Source of the DNA: a virus
Lineage: Duplodnaviria; Caudoviricetes
Length of the DNA stretch: 64,000 nucleotides
IMG/VR virus record: IMGVR_UViG_3300020471_000006
Coordinates: 128,001-192,000 of that record
Strand: one strand, 5' to 3'
The position numbers were made by a program, and so were the translations under genes. The notes beneath the pieces are model-generated. The model had not been told where the DNA came from. It worked only from the letters and a program-made list of their open reading frames with translations, and searched no databases. Position 1 is the stretch's first letter, and every line of letters starts with the position of its first letter. Shown here piece by piece: positions 45,558-55,290 of this stretch.

Positions 45558-47020
45558 TGTCACATCTCTCAGTAAAAAAGAAGAATGAAGTCTACGTTAC
45601 TATTGAATCTCCTGAACAACACATACACCATGAGTTAGCAGATTACTTTACATTCGAAGTACCTGAAGCAAAGTATTTAAAAAAGAATCCCAGATATAGA
45701 CATTGGGATGGAACCATAAGGTTGTACTCACCTGCTACTGGTGATCTGTATGCTGGATTGTATACTCATTTAAAAGGATTTGCTTTTGATCGTAATTATG
45801 ATCTGGCAATAAAAAAGGATGACTGGTATGGTCATCCTAATGAGATAAATGATTTTGTTTCTCCTCGTGGTATCAAAGTCTTTATGGATAAGATCACTCA
45901 TGTGAAACCTAGAGACTATCAATACGCAGCAGTTTATTCTGCTATTAAAAATAATAGAAAGTTACTTCTTTCTCCTACTGGGTCGGGGAAGTCTCTTATG
46001 ATCTACGCCATAGTCAGATACTATGCTGCCACCGCAAAGAAGGTACTTATAATCGTCCCAACTACATCCCTTGTTGAGCAGATGGTTGCCGACTTCATCG
46101 ACTATGGTTGGGATGCGGATACTCATATTCACAAAATATATGGTGGAAAGGATAAAGTAACTGATAAGAATGTCATTATATCTACTTGGCAATCAATCTA
46201 TAAATTTCCTAAGAGATACTTTGATGATATAGATTGTGTGATCGGTGACGAAGCACATCTATTTAAGAGTAAATCTTTGACTGGCATCATGACCAAGTTG
46301 CATAATGCTAAGTATAGATTTGGATTTACTGGTACACTCAACGGAACCAAGACCCATAAGTGGGTGCTAGAAGGTCTCTTTGGAGAGTGTGACCGAGTAA
46401 CCAAGACAGATGATCTTATCAAACGTGGTTATCTCAGTAAGTTTAGGATCAAAATACTACTTTGTAAACATGCTCCGCAACATTTTGAAACATATCAGGA
46501 TGAGATGGAGTATCTGGTTAGTCACAAAGGTAGGAATAACTTGATCAAAAATCTAGTTAAAGACCTAGATGGTAACACTCTTGTGCTGTTCAATTATATA
46601 GAGAAGCATGGGGAACCTTTATACGATCTCATAAATAGTAATGTTAAAGAAAATCGAAAGGTATTCTTTGTACATGGTGGCACGGAGGTTGAAGACCGTG
46701 AAGAGGTTCGTCAGATAACAGAACAAGAAAACAATGCAGTTATTGTTGCGTCCTATGGGACTTTTTCTACTGGTATTAATATTAAGCGGTTGCACAACAT
46801 CATATTTGCCTCGCCGTCCAAATCCAGGATTAGGAATCTCCAATCCATCGGCAGGGTACTAAGAAGAGGTGAAGGAAAAACTGTTGCAACACTATATGAT
46901 ATAGCAGATGATATAGGTAGTATGAATTATACATTAAAACATCTGAATGAAAGAGTAAACATCTACAATGAAGAGAATTTCAAATATGAAGTGATCAAAG
47001 TAAACTTAACAGCAAACTAA
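45554..47020 (+). CDS. uvsW: SF2 helicase UvsW
   Basis: PRDYQ, SPTGSGKS, IGDEAH, FTGTL, GTFSTGINI, LQSIGRVLR. Confidence 0.95.
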   Translation: MMSHLSVKKKNEVYVTIESPEQHIHHELADYFTFEVPEAKYLKKNPRYRHWDGTIRLYSPATGDLYAGLYTHLKGFAFDRNYDLAIKKDDWYGHPNEINDFVSPRGIKVFMDKITHVKPRDYQYAAVYSAIKNNRKLLLSPTGSGKSLMIYAIVRYYAATAKKVLIIVPTTSLVEQMVADFIDYGWDADTHIHKIYGGKDKVTDKNVIISTWQSIYKFPKRYFDDIDCVIGDEAHLFKSKSLTGIMTKLHNAKYRFGFTGTLNGTKTHKWVLEGLFGECDRVTKTDDLIKRGYLSKFRIKILLCKHAPQHFETYQDEMEYLVSHKGRNNLIKNLVKDLDGNTLVLFNYIEKHGEPLYDLINSNVKENRKVFFVHGGTEVEDREEVRQITEQENNAVIVASYGTFSTGINIKRLHNIIFASPSKSRIRNLQSIGRVLRRGEGKTVATLYDIADDIGSMNYTLKHLNERVNIYNEENFKYEVIKVNLTAN

Positions 47021-47416
47021 ATGGAAGAAGAATTTTACGCTACTATAAAATTGGTCAACGGAGAAGAGATCGTCGCTAAGGTATCCTTTATGCCAGATGA
47101 CGATAGTCTTGTATTGGAAAATCCTCTAGAGGTTGTTCCTGTCCAACAGCAGCGTAGTCAAGATGTTCAAATTAATGGGTTTACTTTAGTAGAATGGATT
47201 CGTTCAACGTTTGATCAAATGTTTGTACTCCCACGTCGGCACGTGCTCACTATGACAGAGACAGACAAAAAAATAGAGGTCTTCTATTTGAAGACACTCA
47301 AGAAAATGCATATAGGTCTCGACAATAATAAGTTTACTAGAAGTATGGGTCGTTTAGGATCTGTGAGTGAGACCAAAAGGTATCTAGAGAAAATTTATAA
47401 GCTACAATCCCCTTGA
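47021..47416 (+). CDS. Conserved hypothetical protein (possible Sm-like fold)
   Basis: IKLVNGEEIVAKV...LENPL...EWI pattern. Confidence 0.7.
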   Translation: MEEEFYATIKLVNGEEIVAKVSFMPDDDSLVLENPLEVVPVQQQRSQDVQINGFTLVEWIRSTFDQMFVLPRRHVLTMTETDKKIEVFYLKTLKKMHIGLDNNKFTRSMGRLGSVSETKRYLEKIYKLQSP

Positions 47417-47431
47417 ACCCTTGACAGAGTT

Positions 47432-47460
47432 AGTCTATATGTTTTTTGTCACCTTGTCAA
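47432..47460 (-). promoter_or_regulatory. Putative antisense sigma70-like promoter
   Basis: Minus strand TTGACA (47460-47455), 17 nt, TAGACT (47437-47432), pointing into the 3' end of the uvsW operon. Confidence 0.5.
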
Positions 47461-47468
47461 GCCCCCTA

Positions 47469-47497
47469 TTGACATTCCCTTGAAACACTGGTATACT
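47469..47497 (+). promoter_or_regulatory. Sigma70-like promoter of gp55
   Basis: TTGACA-17 nt-TATACT. Confidence 0.85.
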
Positions 47498-47520
47498 TGA
47501 TAGGAGTAGCAAGCAATTAA

Positions 47521-48027
47521 GTGGCAAATGCAACAATGGTTAAAAAGAAAACTGAGTACTACGTAAACAATAAGGAATTTCTAGAGGCTATTACGGTATA
47601 CCGTAACTCTGTTATAGCAGCAAAGGAATCGGGTGACACCCGACCTCGTGTGCCGAACTATATCGGTGACTGCTTCCTTAAGATAGCTACACATTTATCA
47701 TACAAACCAAACTTTGTCAACTACATGTTCCGAGAGGACATGATTTGTGATGGGATAGAAAATTGCTTACAGTACATAGACAACTTTGATCCAGAAAAAT
47801 CCAAGAACCCTTTTGCTTACTTCACTCAGATCATATACTACGCATTCTTGAGACGGATTCAAAAGGAGAAAAAGCAACTAGAGATCAAGAATAAAATTTT
47901 AGAACGGTCAGGATATGATGAAGTTATGCACACTGACACGTTTGAAGGTACAATGACTGGGATGAATCCATCTCAATCTGACATGGGCAGCATCAAAGAG
48001 AACATCGAAACTAAAATGAACAGATAA
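47521..48027 (+). CDS. gp55: Late-transcription sigma factor gp55
   Basis: YVNNKEF, IA..LSY.PNFVNY..REDMI.DGIENCLQY..NFDP.KS.NPFAYFTQI.Y.AFLRRI.KEK; GTG start. Confidence 0.96.
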   Translation: MANATMVKKKTEYYVNNKEFLEAITVYRNSVIAAKESGDTRPRVPNYIGDCFLKIATHLSYKPNFVNYMFREDMICDGIENCLQYIDNFDPEKSKNPFAYFTQIIYYAFLRRIQKEKKQLEIKNKILERSGYDEVMHTDTFEGTMTGMNPSQSDMGSIKENIETKMNR

Positions 48028-48602
48028 TGAAACCATACCAAAACGCTATTCCTCATGAGGATATCAAGTTTAGAGAAACTCTAAAGCAACTACTCCATGA
48101 CAATGCTTATAGACATGGAAAGTTTACTTTATCATCTGGACAAGAGTCAGAACATTATGTAAACTGTAAACCTGTCACTTTGTCATGTGAGGGTAATGCT
48201 CTGTTGTCTAAACTTATGATTAAGTATGTTGATAAGAAAGCAGTAGCAGTAGGCGGCTTGACTCTTGGTGCAGATCCATTAGTATGTGGAGTAGCACAAA
48301 GATCATACTATATTGCATCTCATACTGATTTGGATGCACTTATAATTCGTAAGAATCCTAAAGGGTATGGTACAAAGGAGGTCATTGAAGGACCGAAACC
48401 TAAAGAAGGATCAATAGTAACAGTATTAGAAGATGTAACCACAACAGGTTCTAGTGCAATGACAGCAGTCAGAGTGTTACGTGGTGCAGGTTACGTTGTT
48501 AATCGTGTTGTTGCTATTGTTGATAGGATGGAAAACCATCAGACATGGATAGATAATGATATTGAATTCTTTTCACTATTCTTACTTAATGATATAACAT
48601 GA
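48027..48602 (+). CDS. pyrE: Orotate phosphoribosyltransferase
   Basis: F.LSSG.ES..YV, GGLTLGA, RK..K.YGT...IEG, VLEDVTTTGSS PRPP-binding loop. Confidence 0.9.
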   Translation: MKPYQNAIPHEDIKFRETLKQLLHDNAYRHGKFTLSSGQESEHYVNCKPVTLSCEGNALLSKLMIKYVDKKAVAVGGLTLGADPLVCGVAQRSYYIASHTDLDALIIRKNPKGYGTKEVIEGPKPKEGSIVTVLEDVTTTGSSAMTAVRVLRGAGYVVNRVVAIVDRMENHQTWIDNDIEFFSLFLLNDIT

Positions 48603-49012
48603 CAGAACCATATGATTTTAATACTGGCATTCATAATAATGTACAGATTACCATTGACTTGAATGAATTAGTAGCTGCAAGAGGAGAGGTTCTATTTAAG
48701 GATGATGATGTATCAATGTCTCATAATCAGATTGGTTACATAGCAGAGAGATTGAGAACTGAATTAACTTGGGATGCACTCTACTCAATGGTTGATGCTT
48801 CTATTCTTCAGTTCTATGATTGTCATGAGCATCCAGAAATCTGGACAGACAAACATTACGGTGAGATTCAACCTGAACCTGGACGTGAAGCAGAACTAAC
48901 TAAAAGGGAAGCAGAAGCAAAGAAAAGAAAACAGTATTTTGAAAAGAATTTTGATATGGTTGAACTGTCTTGTTCAGCATGGACAATAGAAGTACCTGTA
49001 CGAAAAAAATGA
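48599..49012 (+). CDS. Hypothetical protein
   Basis: 137 aa, ATGA-coupled on both sides. Confidence 0.75.
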   Translation: MTEPYDFNTGIHNNVQITIDLNELVAARGEVLFKDDDVSMSHNQIGYIAERLRTELTWDALYSMVDASILQFYDCHEHPEIWTDKHYGEIQPEPGREAELTKREAEAKKRKQYFEKNFDMVELSCSAWTIEVPVRKK

Positions 49013-49185
49013 ATCCAGATGATAATCCGTATTGGGGGGAGCCGACTCCCACTGATTTGTGGGATGATATGAAAAAGTTAGATAAACTCTATGCTGAACT
49101 TGAATGGGATCATAGAGATTACTTAGAGATTGCTATAGAAGGTAATCATATTACAATTAGAAACAAATCAAGAGAGGGCAGATGA
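49009..49185 (+). CDS. Small hypothetical protein
   Basis: MNPDDNPYWGEPTPTDLW...; ATGA-coupled start. Confidence 0.7.
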   Translation: MNPDDNPYWGEPTPTDLWDDMKKLDKLYAELEWDHRDYLEIAIEGNHITIRNKSREGR

Positions 49186-49289
49186 TTCTAGAAATACAGC
49201 TTGCTATAGTTAAACGAATGCGAGAGTTATATCCTCAGACTAGAGCAGCATATTATATTAATACGAGACGTTGTGATATTATCTTATGA
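49182..49289 (+). CDS. Very small hypothetical protein (not in ORF track)
   Basis: 35 aa that fills the gap exactly, with ATGA overlaps at both ends. Confidence 0.5.
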   Translation: MILEIQLAIVKRMRELYPQTRAAYYINTRRCDIIL

Positions 49290-50326
49290 AGATAGCAGTT
49301 ATAACAGACCAGCATCTAGATGGTCGCAAGGGATCACAAGTGTTTTGGAATTACTTTAACAAATTTTATGATGAAATATTTTTCCCAACACTTGAGAAGC
49401 ACGGTATCAATACCATCCTTGATCTGGGTGACACATTTGATAATCGAAAGTCTATGGATTATAGTACTTTTGCAAGGATTAAAACTGACTATTTCGACAG
49501 ACTTGAAAAGTATGATGTACACATGATTCTAGGGAACCATTGTACCTATTATAAAAATACCAATAGGATCAATTCCCCAGAACTATTATTGCAAGAGTAT
49601 AATAATATAACTATCTACTCTGAACCAACCAAACTTACATTAGGTGGTAAGGAGTTTCTTTTATTGCCATGGATTAATTCAGGCAATCGTGCTGAAGCAG
49701 TTGAAGCGATACAGAAATCAGATGCCCCTATCTGTGCTGGTCATTTAGAGATAGACGGCTTCGAAGTAATGAGAGGTCACAGATTCAACGGTGGTTTCAA
49801 ATCTACAGACTTTAAAAAGTTTGATCGTGTATGGTCAGGACACTTCCATCATAAGTCTAAGCATGGTAACATCCAATACTTAGGTAACCCATACCAGATG
49901 TTCTGGAATGATTATGCAGACACTAGAGGGTTCCACATATATGATACGGATTCAGACAGACTAACATACATCAAGAATCCTTTTGATATCTTTACTAAGA
50001 TATACTACAATGATGTTGAGCATGATTATAGTGATTATGCCACCAGCAATCACAAGGATACTTTTGTTAAGGTTGTGGTAGAGGAGAAGCATAAGATAAA
50101 CGATTTTGAAAATTTGATTGACGGATTGTATCACAACGGTGCTCATGATGTAAAAATTATTGAGAAGCTGGTTGACACAACCATAGATGATGATGTAGAA
50201 TTGAATGTGAAAGATACGCTAACCCTTTTAGGTGAGTACATAGACGAGGTAGATCTACAAGTCGATAAATCCGACCTGAAGAGCCTAATGCAATCCCTAT
50301 ACATAGAAGCGTGTGAAGTCTCATAA
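49286..50326 (+). CDS. gp47: Recombination endonuclease subunit gp47 (Mre11/SbcD-like)
   Basis: ITDQH, LGDTFD.RK, LGNH, SGHFHH, YLGNPYQ..WND. Confidence 0.95.
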   Translation: MKIAVITDQHLDGRKGSQVFWNYFNKFYDEIFFPTLEKHGINTILDLGDTFDNRKSMDYSTFARIKTDYFDRLEKYDVHMILGNHCTYYKNTNRINSPELLLQEYNNITIYSEPTKLTLGGKEFLLLPWINSGNRAEAVEAIQKSDAPICAGHLEIDGFEVMRGHRFNGGFKSTDFKKFDRVWSGHFHHKSKHGNIQYLGNPYQMFWNDYADTRGFHIYDTDSDRLTYIKNPFDIFTKIYYNDVEHDYSDYATSNHKDTFVKVVVEEKHKINDFENLIDGLYHNGAHDVKIIEKLVDTTIDDDVELNVKDTLTLLGEYIDEVDLQVDKSDLKSLMQSLYIEACEVS

Positions 50327-50331
50327 ATTCT

Positions 50332-50637
50332 ATGTTCGTCATCACGATAAAAGATCACCCACAGGGTGTATACTCTGTGTTAGATGCTGATGACGACCGC
50401 ATCATTCCAATCTTTGTGAATAAAAATGATGCTACTAGGTATGTTAATCTAATTGAAATTACTGGCGACAATCCTCCTCTAGAGGTTGTTGATGTCGTCT
50501 TAGAACAGATGATGCAAGCTTGTTCTATGTCTGGTCAACGGTTTAGTATTATTACAGAAGACGACTTTATAGTTCCACCCGATAGTTATGATTCACTTTC
50601 GCAAGATACGCTGGAAGAACCTCCTGAGCACAGGTAA
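50332..50637 (+). CDS. Hypothetical protein between gp47 and gp46
   Basis: 101 aa, normal composition. Confidence 0.65.
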   Translation: MFVITIKDHPQGVYSVLDADDDRIIPIFVNKNDATRYVNLIEITGDNPPLEVVDVVLEQMMQACSMSGQRFSIITEDDFIVPPDSYDSLSQDTLEEPPEHR

Positions 50638-52333
50638 TACATTCAGCGAGATTGATCTGTCTGCGACTAGAAATACTTTGATTGTTGGAGCTAATGGTTC
50701 TGGTAAATCAACTATATTAGATGCTCTTACATTCTCTCTGTTTGGAAAACCATTCAGAAAGATTAGTAAGAGTATGTTAGTTAATAGTGTCAATGAGAAG
50801 GACACTATAGTAGAGATAGAGTTTACTATTGGTAAGAAGAACTATCATATCATTCGTGGTATCAAACCTAACAAGTTTGAGATTCATTGTAATGGTAAGA
50901 TGCTGGATCAGAATGCTAAGGCAGTAGATCAACAGAAGAATTTAGAACAGAATATCTTGAAGATGAACTTCAAGTCATTCACACAGATTGTGGTGTTAGG
51001 ATCTAGTACCTTTGTTCCTTTCATGCGTTTACCTAGCGTACAACGTAGAGAGATCATTGAAGATATACTAGACATTCAAGTGTTCTCTATTATGAATACT
51101 AGATTGAAGGATAGAGTAAAGGATAATAGTAATGAACTAAAGGATTTAGATTATCAGTTGCATCTTCTTACAGAAAAGATCGAACTACAGAAAAAATATA
51201 TGTTCGAATTAGAAAAGAAGAACCAAGAAGAGATTGATAGAAAGAGAGCAAGGATCACAGAAGCAGAGCAGGAAGAATTAGAAACCAATGGATCTATTCA
51301 ACGTCTAGTAGATAACGTGCAAGATTTGCAGCAAGAGATGGAAGAATATGCAAAGTCTGTTGACAAGCTAGAGAAACTTAATACAATTTTAATAAAATTA
51401 AATCAGAAATTGAATACACTTAAGAAGGAGCATGAGTTCTTTGAGAAGAATCATGTGTGTCCTACTTGTACTCAGGTTTTAACTGAAGAGTTTAGAGGTG
51501 AAAAGTTAGAGAATGGTCAGGCTAAACTAGATGAAATGTATGGTGGGTATGAAGAATTAACTACAACTATTGATGCAGAAAAGAAAAGACATGATAAGTT
51601 TGTTGAGTTATCCACTAAGGTGACAGAAGCAAACGCAGAGATTGCAACATCAAATTATCGTTTGGTAACTATACGCAAGACCATTAAAGAAATTCATGAT
51701 GAGGTTATGGAATTGGAAGGTTCCAATCCAGATAAGAAAGCAGAGTTTGTTAAGTTAGAGAAGTTAGTAACAGAGAAGAAAGAGATACAGCAGACAACTA
51801 TTGATTCTAAGAAGGATCGTGATGTTCTATCTGCTGCCATTGCTTTGTTGAAGGACAGTGGTATTAAGACTAGGATCATCAAGACTTATCTTCCTACGAT
51901 GAACAAGTTAATCAATGAGTATCTTCAAAGGATGGATTTTTATGTTAATTTTACCCTTGATGAGAACTTTGATGAGACAATCAAGTCTAGATATAGAGAT
52001 GTCTTTACGTATGAGTCATTCTCAGAGGGTGAGAAAGCACGTATTGATATCAGCCTATTGCTAACTTGGCGATCTGTTGCTAAGCTTAAGAATAGTGTAG
52101 ATACAAACCTTTTAATTTTAGATGAAATCTTTGACAGCTCGCTTGACCAATCTGGTGCTTCTGATCTTGGTTGGATCTTACGTAATTTCGACGATAGTAC
52201 TAATGTTTTCGTAATTAGTCATAAAGATCTATTGAATGATAAGTTTGATAGAACTATCAATGTGACCAAAGAAAAGAATTATTCGACAGTACAGGAGACA
52301 GTTCACGAAGTGTCACATGCACTGGTTGGCTAG
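50588..52333 (+). CDS. gp46: Recombination ATPase gp46 (Rad50/SbcC-like)
   Basis: GANGSGKST, CPTC zinc hook, FSEGEKARID signature, LILDEIFDSSLD. Confidence 0.96.
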   Translation: MIHFRKIRWKNLLSTGNTFSEIDLSATRNTLIVGANGSGKSTILDALTFSLFGKPFRKISKSMLVNSVNEKDTIVEIEFTIGKKNYHIIRGIKPNKFEIHCNGKMLDQNAKAVDQQKNLEQNILKMNFKSFTQIVVLGSSTFVPFMRLPSVQRREIIEDILDIQVFSIMNTRLKDRVKDNSNELKDLDYQLHLLTEKIELQKKYMFELEKKNQEEIDRKRARITEAEQEELETNGSIQRLVDNVQDLQQEMEEYAKSVDKLEKLNTILIKLNQKLNTLKKEHEFFEKNHVCPTCTQVLTEEFRGEKLENGQAKLDEMYGGYEELTTTIDAEKKRHDKFVELSTKVTEANAEIATSNYRLVTIRKTIKEIHDEVMELEGSNPDKKAEFVKLEKLVTEKKEIQQTTIDSKKDRDVLSAAIALLKDSGIKTRIIKTYLPTMNKLINEYLQRMDFYVNFTLDENFDETIKSRYRDVFTYESFSEGEKARIDISLLLTWRSVAKLKNSVDTNLLILDEIFDSSLDQSGASDLGWILRNFDDSTNVFVISHKDLLNDKFDRTINVTKEKNYSTVQETVHEVSHALVG

Positions 52334-52353
52334 TATAATTTTTTGTGTATACT
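52297..52353 (+). promoter_or_regulatory. Promoter with upstream quasi-palindromic box, copy 1
   Basis: GACAGTT-CACG-AAGTGTC-ACA, then TATACT at 52348-52353. Confidence 0.65.
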
Positions 52354-52375
52354 AGGTATATCAAACAAAAGACCA

Positions 52376-54622
52376 ATGACATACGAGCATCACTCACACC
52401 AAAGACAGGAGATCAAAGGCAACCTTGCAAGACTCCTAGCAACAGAGAACCTTATAGTAGAGCATAGGAAAGATATTCCTACTGCATCATTTGATACTGA
52501 CCGTAGAGTTCTTCAGTTACCACAATGGGATAAAGCAAGTGGTGTTGTGTATGACATGCTTGTAGGTCATGAAGTAGGACATGCTTTGTACACTCCTAAT
52601 ATGGATTACACAGATCATGTTGAATGTCCAAAGGATTATGTGAATGTCATTGAAGATGTTCGCATTGAGAAATTAATGAAGCGTCAGTATCCTGGTCTTA
52701 AGAAGAGTTTTGCTGGCGGATACAAAGAATTAAATGATCAAGATTTCTTTCAGATTGAAGGTGAAGATATTTCACAACTTCTATTGATTGATCGTATCAA
52801 CCTACACTTCAAGGTTGGTGCTGCTGCTATGATACCTTTTAATCCTGATGAGTATGGTTTTGTTAAACGTGCAGAACTAACTGAAACATTCGAAGAAGTA
52901 TGTTCTCTAGCAGGTGAAATCTATGAGTATGCTAAAGAAGATCAAAAGCAGAAAGCAGAAGCACAAGCAAAATTAGATGAAGAAGGTCTAGAGTTAGAAG
53001 ATGATTTAGAAGATGGTCAAGATGCTGGTCAATCAGATTCAACACCACAAAATTCAAAAGAAGGTGAATCAGATGATGGTGAAGAGGATGATCAAGAGTT
53101 TGAGACTAGTAGTTCTAATGGTGGACAAGGTGGTAGTGGTTCTACAACACCTGGTAATTCAGGTGGCGAAGAAGGTGCAGAGCATTCTCATACACAGAAT
53201 GCATTTGATAGTGCTTCTACTCAACTCTCTAGTAATAATGGTTATAACATTAAGTACTATGAGATTCCAGAAAAGGTAAATCTAGATAAGTTTATTGTTG
53301 ACTGGAAAGAAGTACATGAGTGGATTGATTCTAGATTTGCTGAAACACCAGAACCAAGATCTTCTATAGGTGCTGATGGTGAAGTATACTGGAAGCAGAT
53401 AGGATTAGCAGATGCTGATTCTGAGTATAAGTCTCATAGAAAAGAAGCACAGAAAGAAGTTAACTATCTTGTTAAAGAATTTGAGTGCCGTAAATCTGCT
53501 GATGCATATGCTCGTGCTACTACTGCCAAGACTGGTATACTTGATTGCACTAAACTTCACACATACAAGTACAATGAAGACCTATTCAAGAAAGTAACTG
53601 TTGTTCCTGATGGTAAGAATCATGGATTGATCTTCTTACTAGACTGGTCTGGTTCAATGTCTGAACAGTTACATGCAACATACAAACAGGTTCTTAACCT
53701 TACTGCATTCTGTAAGAAAGTTCAGATTCCATTTGAAGTTTATGCTTTCACAAATGAGTGGAGAGTTGTTAACTACATTAAGGATAACCAAACTGATCGT
53801 GGACACTATTATTACTATAGAGAACCAGAAAACTTAGTTACTGGTCAGTTCCATCTTGAAGAAGGTAACTTCCATATGATGAATATTCTTTCATCACGTA
53901 GTAACTCACGTGAGTATGAGAGACAGTGCAAGAACATTTGGAGAATAACATATGCTTACGATAATCATCGTACTGGCAGTTATCAAATTCCAGAGGGTAT
54001 GAATCTATCTGGTACTCCATTGAATGAAGCAATTGTTATGCTCAACTATATCATTCCTGAGTTCAAAGCAAAGAATGATTTACAGAAAGTAAATGCTGTT
54101 ATTCTTACTGATGGTGAAGCATGCTGCTCTGCTTATGGTAGACTATCAGACAATGAAAGAACTGGTGAGGAAAGAACCTATGCGAGTAAAATAGGTTATG
54201 GTAATGCATTGCGTGATCGTAAGACAGGCATCATATACAGACCACTAACCAATTCATACACTCAAGTAACTAACCAGTTACTACAACAAGTTCAAGATAG
54301 AAATGCTGGTGTTAATGTTCTAGGATTTAGAATCATGAGTGGCAACAGACTTCAAGAGTTTGTTTGTAGGTACTCTAAACTTGGATCAAACTATAGTGAG
54401 ATTCAAGCACAGTGGAGAAAGAACAAGTCTTGCATCATCCCAAACCCACTTGGATACACTGCTCTCTATGCTATACAGCAAACCGCACTTGACAACACCA
54501 CTGACTTTGATATAGAATCTGGATCAAAGAAAGCAGACATTTCCAGAGCATTCAAAAAAATGTTAAAGTCTAAGTCAACTAACAAGAAGTTGTTGAATTC
54601 TTTTATAGGGTACGTTGCTTGA
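52376..54622 (+). CDS. HEXXH peptidase-like plus VWA (CobT-like) protein
   Basis: GHEVGH, acidic Gly/Ser linker, DWSGSM MIDAS, LSGTPLNEA, ILTDGE; start moved from 52343. Confidence 0.8.
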   Translation: MTYEHHSHQRQEIKGNLARLLATENLIVEHRKDIPTASFDTDRRVLQLPQWDKASGVVYDMLVGHEVGHALYTPNMDYTDHVECPKDYVNVIEDVRIEKLMKRQYPGLKKSFAGGYKELNDQDFFQIEGEDISQLLLIDRINLHFKVGAAAMIPFNPDEYGFVKRAELTETFEEVCSLAGEIYEYAKEDQKQKAEAQAKLDEEGLELEDDLEDGQDAGQSDSTPQNSKEGESDDGEEDDQEFETSSSNGGQGGSGSTTPGNSGGEEGAEHSHTQNAFDSASTQLSSNNGYNIKYYEIPEKVNLDKFIVDWKEVHEWIDSRFAETPEPRSSIGADGEVYWKQIGLADADSEYKSHRKEAQKEVNYLVKEFECRKSADAYARATTAKTGILDCTKLHTYKYNEDLFKKVTVVPDGKNHGLIFLLDWSGSMSEQLHATYKQVLNLTAFCKKVQIPFEVYAFTNEWRVVNYIKDNQTDRGHYYYYREPENLVTGQFHLEEGNFHMMNILSSRSNSREYERQCKNIWRITYAYDNHRTGSYQIPEGMNLSGTPLNEAIVMLNYIIPEFKAKNDLQKVNAVILTDGEACCSAYGRLSDNERTGEERTYASKIGYGNALRDRKTGIIYRPLTNSYTQVTNQLLQQVQDRNAGVNVLGFRIMSGNRLQEFVCRYSKLGSNYSEIQAQWRKNKSCIIPNPLGYTALYAIQQTALDNTTDFDIESGSKKADISRAFKKMLKSKSTNKKLLNSFIGYVA

Positions 54623-54647
54623 CAATTACCCTTTTCGGTATTATACT
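54619..54647 (+). promoter_or_regulatory. Sigma70-like promoter
   Basis: TTGACA-17 nt-TATACT. Confidence 0.85.
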
Positions 54648-54677
54648 GAATCAAAGTAAGCCAAATCTAACAAATCT

Positions 54678-55226
54678 ATGAGAAAACTCAAACAAATCTG
54701 TCCAGAATACAATCAATACGCAAATTTCCACAACGATAAGATCTTCACCATGGCGTTAAAACGTCAGATCCAGGAAAACCCAAATGGAACTCAGTTGAAG
54801 TTCTTGAAGAAAGCTGCGAAGGCATATTTTAGGGATAATCCTAAGTACAAGAAGGTGTACGATGAGATGACAGAAAAGGATTGGGGTGATGTTGCAAAAC
54901 GTTTGAGTTCCATATTCCAAAAAACCAAGAACGTTAACCCTGCTTTATACAAATTCAGACAGTATGCTCCAAAATTATTTGGACAGAGTAAGCAGGTCTC
55001 TCAGGTAAGTGTAAACTTTGGTGATAAGTTTGAACTATATGAGGATACTCCTCTTCCAGTAGAGGATACTGAAATTCCTGATCAACAGGAACTTGATTTT
55101 GAGGTGGTTAAGGAAAAACTTCCTAAGAATTTAGATGCCACCTTCTTTTTGGATAGGTACTTTGACAAATCTTCTAGTGTGAGAATGACACTACCAGATA
55201 GCACAATGATCCAGTTCAATAAGTGA
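54678..55226 (+). CDS. Hypothetical basic/acidic protein with its own promoter
   Basis: 182 aa; Lys-rich N-terminal part, acidic linker. Confidence 0.75.
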   Translation: MRKLKQICPEYNQYANFHNDKIFTMALKRQIQENPNGTQLKFLKKAAKAYFRDNPKYKKVYDEMTEKDWGDVAKRLSSIFQKTKNVNPALYKFRQYAPKLFGQSKQVSQVSVNFGDKFELYEDTPLPVEDTEIPDQQELDFEVVKEKLPKNLDATFFLDRYFDKSSSVRMTLPDSTMIQFNK

Positions 55227-55265
55227 CACACACCCCCTTCACAGGGGGTTTTTTCTTGCTATACT
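55210..55265 (+). promoter_or_regulatory. Promoter with upstream quasi-palindromic box, copy 2
   Basis: TCCAGTT-CAAT-AAGTGAC-ACA, TTCACA at 55238-55243, TATACT at 55260-55265. Confidence 0.65.
55232..55254 (+). terminator. Rho-independent terminator overlapping the cobS promoter
   Basis: ACCCCCT-TCAC-AGGGGGT plus T run. Confidence 0.8.
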
Positions 55266-55290
55266 AAGTACATAACAAACAAAAAGCAAA

